A stretch of DNA of 45,651 bases from positions 124,001 to 169,651 of the forward strand of contig JALJEE010002328.1 in assembly GCA_023231475.1 (NCBI GenBank), read 5' to 3'. Positions 38,470 to 45,651 of the stretch are shown here, in pieces. This DNA is from Seison nebaliae (Eukaryota). Below the pieces are notes generated by a model. The model was not told the origin of the DNA. It did not search any database and saw nothing but the letters and a program-made list of their open reading frames with translations. Position 1 is the stretch's first letter. Each line of letters opens with the position of its first letter. The position numbers and the translations under genes are program-made.

Positions 38470-40362
38470 CTAAGCTGAATCGTCATTCTTATAATAATCA
38501 TTTCGACGTTTCTTCTTCCGTCTAAAAATAAATATTTCAATTCTCATAATCATTATCAAATTATTTGTAAAAATTAACATCCCGATATTATCTGTATCAA
38601 TTAAATTTTTTATCTGATCCCAATCTCGATCTAATTGTTTATTCTTTTTCAAGTTCTTCAATCCACTTTTCGTCTTCCTTCCACCGTCAACCTTTACACC
38701 GTATTGGAATGCGGCACTGAAAATTTAAGTTCGTTAACAAACCGAACAAGAACAACAAAATTTAACACTGGATTCGCTTCTTTCGTTTGCATATAATTAC
38801 TATATTCTTCATCATCATTAAACGTCCAACGAGGTAGATGTTCTTGATTTTTCTAAAAAATTTCAAATTTTTTAAAAGAATTTTTGAAGAAAATATCGAA
38901 CAACATTATCCATACTTGTAAAATCAGGTTCATCATCCGACTCTACATCAACATCAATTTCAGCCATTGTTCTATTATGTCGTAATTTTTATGAATTTCA
39001 ATAAAAAAAAATTAAATTTAAACCCGGGATAACATTCAGTATAATAATCATCTTGTGCTGATTTTGATTGAGAAATTTTCAATCCGACTTGTGCTGTTAT
39101 TTGGTCAATCTCCTTGTTCATTTCATTATTCTCTTCTTCTGAATTATTTTTCTAAATTAATTATCAATAAATATATAATGAATAATAATGAATAATAATA
39201 TTGAAACTTTCATTGAATTGAAATAATTTCTTGTTTTTTCTTCTTTGTTTCCTGTTCGAATTTCATAATCAGGAACATATTTCCCAACATTTTCAAAAAT
39301 ACTTTGAAGAAAATTGTTTAATGAAAGAAATTATGAAGAAAGCACTTGAAATCGTCGTTAGTCGGATGATCATCGGATGGAAAATTTTTAATATTCGGAA
39401 TATCTTCAAATCGAACAGATTTCTGTTCTTTTTCCATTGAGAGATCATTTAAGAAATTCTTCTCAATTTTATTAGATGATTGTGGATTTGTTAATTTCTT
39501 CTTCTTTCCTTTTTTTCCCGAACGATAATAAGAGAGAACAATCGATAGTTCTCGAAGAGTTATCTCACTTTCAGAAACGTTAAACAATTTCTCTTTCGAT
39601 CGACAATCGGCGATACTTCGAATTAGAGTGTTGGGTTTGGGGAGATATGGCACATCTTCCATATCCATCACATATGCCATTCTTCCTGGTACGAAGAATT
39701 CGTTACAAGCAATTTTTTTATTTTCTATTTTCTCTTCAAGATACTTATTGATTTTTCTCACTAATTTACTTTCTTCTCCAATTTCTTTCTCTTCCTCTTT
39801 AATCAGAGAAGAATTTTTCTGTTTTTTCAATTCTTCTTTTCTCACTCGATTCTCTTCTTTCTCGATATCTTTTCGAACACGTTGTAAAAGTGAATAATCC
39901 AATCCTTTCACCATATGCGTATGTGTCATATCTCCTCCCAACCATTTCGATTCTTCGATTGGAACTTGACGATTCTTATCACTAAAAATTTGACTGGAAA
40001 AAGATTTTGAAATTTTTTCTATTCAACTGTTAAAATTGAACCTGCTCAATTTGAATTCTTTTCTCGTCAATTCTTGACCCGTTCCAGTTGCTTGCTGTTC
40101 TGCCAATTCTCGTTTTCGTCTTTCTGCTGCTCGATCGACATATTTCTCGTTTAATTCTTGTTCTCGTCGAAGTTCTTCCTCCCGTTTCTGTATGTATGGT
40201 TGCTTCTTCTTCTTCCTCAACATTTTTTTCTGTTTGTCATTATTCTTTTTCAATTGGTTCGATGAATCAACGACAAATTTCCGGAAATCATCATTTCTTA
40301 ATGAACTAAATTTTATATTAATCGTTAATTTTCTAGATTAAATTTAACTATGAATTATCCAT
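38470..40362 (-). CDS. IK: Protein Red / IK (spliceosomal B-complex factor), 8-9 exons
   Basis: LRNDDFRKF, KYVDRAAERR, EESKWLGGDMTHTHMVKGLDYSLLQRVR, FVPGRMAYV, YTECYPG, PRWTFNDDEEYSNYM, AAFQYGVK, LDRDWDQI. Confidence 0.95.
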
Positions 40363-41712
40363 TCATTTATTAACATTCACTTTAATAAATGATCGTCTTA
40401 ATTTGCTAAGATTTTAAATATTTTCTAAATCATTCTTTCTAACATTTTCATTTCTTTTTCTTTTTAATTTAATGAGTTAAACTTAACTTTAAGTTTAGTC
40501 TAGTTTACATAATCACCAACCATTAGTTATCTTGACGGTAAATCAATCATATCCATCATGCATGTCGAATTATAATATTAAGTCAAAAACATCGTCAGTT
40601 TTTCGTTTTATCGAACTTAAGTTCGATATAGTTAGTAGACTAAAATATTTTATTAAAACAACTAGAATGATATCGAATTGACAAGGAAAAGTAAGTTTTG
40701 GTTAAATGACAATTATAATTAATGGTAATATGAAATGTACGAAGTTCTATATTGAGAATTTGAGAAATCTAGGATAGAAATTGCGATATAAATCTTCTAT
40801 CCTAACGAACCCCAAACGATAATATTATTTATACCAATATTATTGGTATTATTTTTAGACTTCTTCTAAAAACTCGATAGAGTTAATACCCTATATTTCT
40901 AAAAGAAGAAGATTATAGAGAAATATTGAAAAATGAATGAAATAATAACCTTTAGAAGAATCTGTTCTTGTATTTGTAGGGTTTCCTACCCCCTACCAAC
41001 CACCCCCTACGTGGACCTCTAAGGCTCTTGAGATCACACGTTATCTTACAGGTTCTCTTCACATATTTCTCTCCAATCAAAATACTCATCACCAGGTACA
41101 CCTTTGGTTGTACCTGATGAATATTTGAAGGCTTAATATCGTGAGCGCACAGAATTAGACAAATAAACAGTTTGTCTAATTCTATTTAAAGATGAAAATT
41201 AAAACTGAAATAGTTCCAACCAATTCTCCATATTTATATAAAACTAAATTGGATATTTGTAGATGACGTCAGCTCCGAATATGACGACAATAGGGGAATT
41301 GTCAGTGGACTGAGTATGTGAAGGCGGTCGAATATGAAAATCAAAAAGAAAGCTTATATGGATACATTTTGACAATCGTGTTTTTCATATCCATTATTTC
41401 TTAACAATAAATCTTCTTATATCTTCCCTATCATAACGTTCATTCGGTCGATAGCACGACAGAATCTTCTTCATTTATTTCCTGTAACAACTAAGTAATA
41501 TATCAAATTTAAAACAGAAGCTTAGAGAAATGTAAATATTTCAAATTTATTCTATATATATAAATACTATCTTGTTTGAACTGTAGCTCATCCATTGTAA
41601 TGATTCATCAATTATTGCCATTGCTAGGTAATTATGATAATAAATTGATGAACTGCTTAAGAAAAAATAATGGAAAATTGACATATTTTTATTTCAAAAA
41701 AGAAGCTCATCG

Positions 41713-41726
41713 GTTGTCATGGAAAC
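41713..41726 (+). promoter_or_regulatory. X-box (RFX binding site) candidate
   Basis: GTTGTCATGGAAAC fits the RTHNYY-WT-RRNRAC consensus and ends 12 bp upstream of the ATG at 41739. Confidence 0.55.
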
Positions 41727-41738
41727 GATTTAACGGGA

Positions 41739-42349
41739 ATGAACAATACTTTGGCAACTAATGGGCAATGTTAGTTTCTGTTCGATAATAAGGTTCTGTA
41801 TAATTTTCAGATACGATAACATTAAGACCAGATATAGTGGAAATGACGTTACGAATAAGTAGCACGAGAAGCAACATGCTGTCAGCGAAAACGGTTTCAA
41901 ACAAAAAGAGAGACTATGTTCTATATTATTTGAAAATGAATGAAAAATATCTAACTGATTATCGGTTGGAAAATCTGGTGAACTCACATGAGAAGTTGAA
42001 ACAATTTACTTCCACAATTTTAATCAATGCAGAACTAAATAACTTAAATTTATACAATCAACTCACCTCGATATTAGTCGAAAAGATTAATATTGAAGTT
42101 CTTTCTCCGAAATATGGATTCTCTTCTGAATATATCACAAACTGCAAACATAGAGCAGCCATTGAAGCCATGTTCAATGCAAGGAAGAAAGCAAAATTGT
42201 TATTAAAAACTTCAGGTTCAAACAAACAATTATGTTTTCCAAAAACTATCGAAGAAAAAACAGTTGGACTTGAAAAAGTTCGAACTCAAAAATTTAACGA
42301 AACTGAAAATTTGACTTGTCAATTGTCTGTTATATTTCAATTAGAATAA
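41739..42349 (+). CDS. IRAK1BP1: IRAK1-binding protein 1 / SIMPL-domain protein, 2 exons
   Basis: LRPDIVEMTLRISST, KKRDYV, ILVEKI, SPKY, RAAIEAMFNARKKA, PKTIEE; intron 41770-41810. Confidence 0.78.
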
Positions 42350-42534
42350 AATTTTAAATCTTTCCCAATTTCATTCTTATAAACATGAAAAATTTCAAAT
42401 CTCGAACTTAAAAAAATTCGTCAAATTGAACTGTCAAAAAATTGCCCTAAAATTGATCATTTTTGAAGTTATATTGATGTGATTCAATGAATTTCCGGAC
42501 GATCTGTTCCAATTCAGGATTGTCCCAATCATGA

Positions 42535-43901
42535 AGACTCAATTGTTGGATTCGTCTTTGGTTAGCTGCTTTCGTCCCATCTGTGTTCCTTCGTTCCTCC
42601 TTCGCGGTTTTGAACGTGTGATTATAAGAAGATTCCGGTATGAATTTTATTCCTCCACAGTTCAATGTGCTTATAGGAGAAACAACAGAGGGGTGCATCC
42701 TTGCGTCGCCATTGTGAGATCCTTAATCTATTATCATAGGACAACAAACCGTCTTCTTCATATTTCGTTTCTCGACGCATCAAGAGCGTTCGATTCCATC
42801 GATGTGCTTCAGGCACTAAATTATCTGCAATCCCGTGAAGTTCATCACTCGATATTATCGTTCATAAAAACATTGTGTTCACGTTCATTCTGTTCCGTAT
42901 CGGGCAAAAATCAGCAGTCGGCTTTTTTCAAAGTTAATCGAGGTGTTCGCCAAGGCTCGATACTAGGACCGTGGCTGTTCGGTCTTGGTCTCGATTCGGC
43001 ACTCGATTTAATCAATTCTCGTTTTTCCATTTATGTCAACGGTTGACGTATTCCAGTAGCATATTCTTACGCTGATGACATCGTACTGTTTTCCACGTCT
43101 AATCGGAGTCTATTGGATGTGTTATCCGCTGTGTTGGATGTGTTGGATGGATGGAATTGATATTCTACGTAATGAAGGAATAGATAGTCATTCTTTTTCG
43201 TTCATCAATGAAATCTTTACGAATTCGTTCGGAGTAGTAAAAGATGGATCGAAGAAATCTAATATGTTTCGCATAAATAAAGGAGTAAGACAAGGATGTA
43301 TTCTCGCTCCATGGATTTTTGGAAAAGTGTTGGATGAAATTCTTATTGAATCCAATCGGAAATTGTTATTTAAAGTTAGTCCGAATTCCTTTCCTGCAGT
43401 TATTGCGTACGCAGATGATATCCTCATTGGCACGAATAACGTTCGTCAATGTAAAAGAGTTGTGTCTTTCATCAGTGATGGTTTAGCTATTGTTGGAATC
43501 AAATGTAATCAGAGTAAGTCATCGATTATCTCGAATATTTCTACATTTCCAATTCGTTGTGATTTGAAGAAATTGTTGTGCAAGGAGGTGTGTTTCCTTG
43601 GATGTCAGATTGACTCGAAGAGGAAAAGTGAATTCTTTTTGGTGGTCCATATATCCTGTGAGAGCTTCTCGTCGCCTCTCCAGTTTTTTTGCAACTATTA
43701 CTCATTTAATTATTCTCTTTCACTTGAGGATGTGCTATTGTTGACGTCAAACTTCAACATTTCCTCCTATGTTCCTGATTCTCTCAAAAATTACATAGAA
43801 ACAGGGAGGAGTTTGTTCCTTAATAACTCTTTTAAGGATTTATCTTTATTTCTTTATAATTGTCTCTCTTATACCCCGCGGGGATTTGGTGTAATAATAA
43901 A
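42535..43901 (+). mobile_element. Mosaic non-LTR retrotransposon, copy 5 (two RT segments in tandem, internal deletion, 3' hairpin and poly-A)
   Basis: Segment 1: FRPIC, FLDASRAFDSI, GVRQGSILGP, YADD at about 43068. Segment 2, from about 43150: GVRQGCILAP, YADD, FLGCQID. Ends accccgcggggatttg-gtgtaataat-A(n). Confidence 0.88.
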
Positions 43902-45651
43902 AAAAAAAAAATTTAGTTATCCAATTTTGCTCGATTGCTCTGACCACTGTCTGTGCTTGTTCATTTGCCATTGGAATTGTTTCGACCCATTTATTAGATT
44001 TATCCGTTAGCACTTTCTGTTGGAGGTAAATGACCTAAAACATCGATACAAATAGTTTCGTTTGGGTACTGAATATTCATTCCCGTGAATAATTCGATAT
44101 TTTTTGGATAAATATTTTTTGCTCTCTGGCATCTATCACATGATGTGATAATTTCTTTTACAAATTCTGTCATTTTCGGGTGATAACTTCCTTCGGAAAA
44201 TCTTCGTAATGTTTCACTGATTGACAAATGACTTTCTTCGTGAATTTTCTTTATCTTAATTTTAGCTTCATCGTCATTCAATATTCTTTGGAGCTTCATA
44301 CCATTCATTCTGAACAATTTTTCACTCTTCTTGATCTTGATTTGCTCGTTCCTTAAATAAATTTGCAAAATTATAGTTTTTTTTCAGTTCATCTAGATTC
44401 TCGATCGGACCTTCGTTGTCTATAGTTTTCAACAACATTTCTACGAAGTTTTCCTTTGACAGACAATTGATAGGATATCTTGAAAGTGTATCCGCGACGT
44501 GATTCGTTTTCCCAGGCTTATATTCGATGGTGATGTTATAGGCTTGTAATTGTGTCGCCCATCTGCTAAGTCTTGCTGATGTATTTTGTTTTTCCTTCAA
44601 CCATTTTAATGCTCGGTGATCCGTTATGAAATGAAATTTTTGTCCATGTAAATAAACATCGAATGATTCAATTGCATAGATAACTGCTGCAGCTTCTAAT
44701 TCTGTTGCGCCAAAATTTTCTTCGTTTTGTCTAGTTTTTCTACAACTATATGTAATTGGAATTTCTTGACTCATTCTTCTGCGACAACGCAGCACCGAAA
44801 CCGTATTTGCTTTCATCGGTGCTAACTTGAAACATTTTCTTGAGGTTTGGATAGGCTAAGACTGGTTCATTATATAATTGATTCTTTAATGAAATCCATG
44901 CAGTTTTTTTCTGTTTAATTCACGAAAATTTATTTTTTTCTATTGTTAGCTCATTCAATGGATGAGCAATTTGTCCGAAGTCTTTTATAAATCTCCGATA
45001 AAAGCCTGCCATTCCCAAAAATGATTTTACCGCTTTTCGGTTTGTTGGTCTTGGGAATTCTGGAATAGCTCTTAGCTTGTCCGGATTTGGTTTGACTCCA
45101 TCTTTTGTAATTCAATATCCAAGAAACTTAATTTCCGACATTCCAAATTGACATTTTTCTCGGTTTATCGTTAGATGTGCGTAGTTAATTTCTTTAAATA
45201 TTTGTTCTAATACTTCTTGACGTTCTTGTTCTGATGAGGACCAAACTATAATTTCATCAAGATATACGCAACAATTGCGAAAAAGGAATGGTTGAAGAAC
45301 ATTTTCTATAATTCTTTGGAACTTTGCTGGTGCATTTGTTAGTCCAAATGGCATTTTGTTATATTCGAATAGTCCCCAAGGTGTAGTGAATGCCGTATAT
45401 TCTTTGGACTGATCTTCCAATGGTATTTGGTGGAAACCCGATTTTAAATCTGTTGATGAAAAAATTTTAGCTTCGCTCAGTTTATCTATTATATCATCAA
45501 TTCTTTCCATTGAATATGCATCTTTGATTGTTGCTTTGTTTAATTTTCTATAATCGATGCATAATCTCATAGATCCATCCGCTTTGGTAACTGGATTGAT
45601 TGGACTTGCCCAGGGACTTTTGCTTCTTTCAATAATTCCTTGGACGAAGAA
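43902..45651 (-). mobile_element. Degenerate Ty3/gypsy LTR retrotransposon pol (RT, RNase H, integrase), partial
   Basis: MRLCIDYRKLN, DLKSGFHQI, MPFGLTNAP, YLDE (mutated YxDD), TELEAAAV, TDHRALKWL, HEESH...CDRCQ, KWVETIP. In-frame stop at 45112 and frameshifts. Confidence 0.95.

Noticed and set aside
39015..39035. tatcccgggttt resembling the LINE terminal hairpin
   Set aside because: It is the IK exon-intron junction (CYPG|gttt).
41029..41050. bantam-like miRNA seed (tgagatca)
   Set aside because: The hairpin is only about 33 nt, too short for a pre-miRNA, and the rest of the sequence does not match.
41095..41150. Hammerhead ribozyme (CTGATGA core after a hairpin)
   Set aside because: No GAAA after the putative stem II (cgtga instead) and no NUH cleavage triplet in the right position.
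1..45651. CRISPR arrays, tRNA or rRNA genes, prokaryotic systems
   Set aside because: No regularly spaced direct repeats, cloverleafs or rRNA motifs were seen, and the gene content is eukaryotic and intron-containing.

Overview
Very AT-rich eukaryotic, most likely compact metazoan, genomic DNA with mostly short (about 30-75 bp) introns; the taxon cannot be fixed from sequence alone. Bases 1-13 kb hold one large low-complexity minus-strand exon, MITE-like repeats and otherwise non-coding DNA. Bases 13-20 kb are a tightly packed gene cluster: RPS7, RTRAF, an orphan ORF, an orphan membrane protein, GTDC1/QTMAN, an MPN-domain CSN6/eIF3f-like gene and a CRAL-TRIO gene. These are followed by a 575-aa orphan, cyclin T, ATP13A1, a fibrinogen-related protein, a Ly6/uPAR gene, IK/RED and IRAK1BP1. 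Several truncated or chimeric non-LTR retrotransposons and a decayed Ty3/gypsy pol occupy parts of 33-45.6 kb. Four observations stand out. (1) Nearly every intron I could reconstruct (about 26 of 27) starts with GTT rather than the usual GT(A/G)AG, which suggests a divergent 5' splice-site recognition system. (2) A GTDC1 intron hosts a C/D snoRNA of the mgU6-53 (SNORD8/9) type. (3) The GTDC1 stop codon overlaps the next gene's start codon (TGATG). (4) A LINE family with a conserved terminal hairpin forms tandem and mosaic copies.
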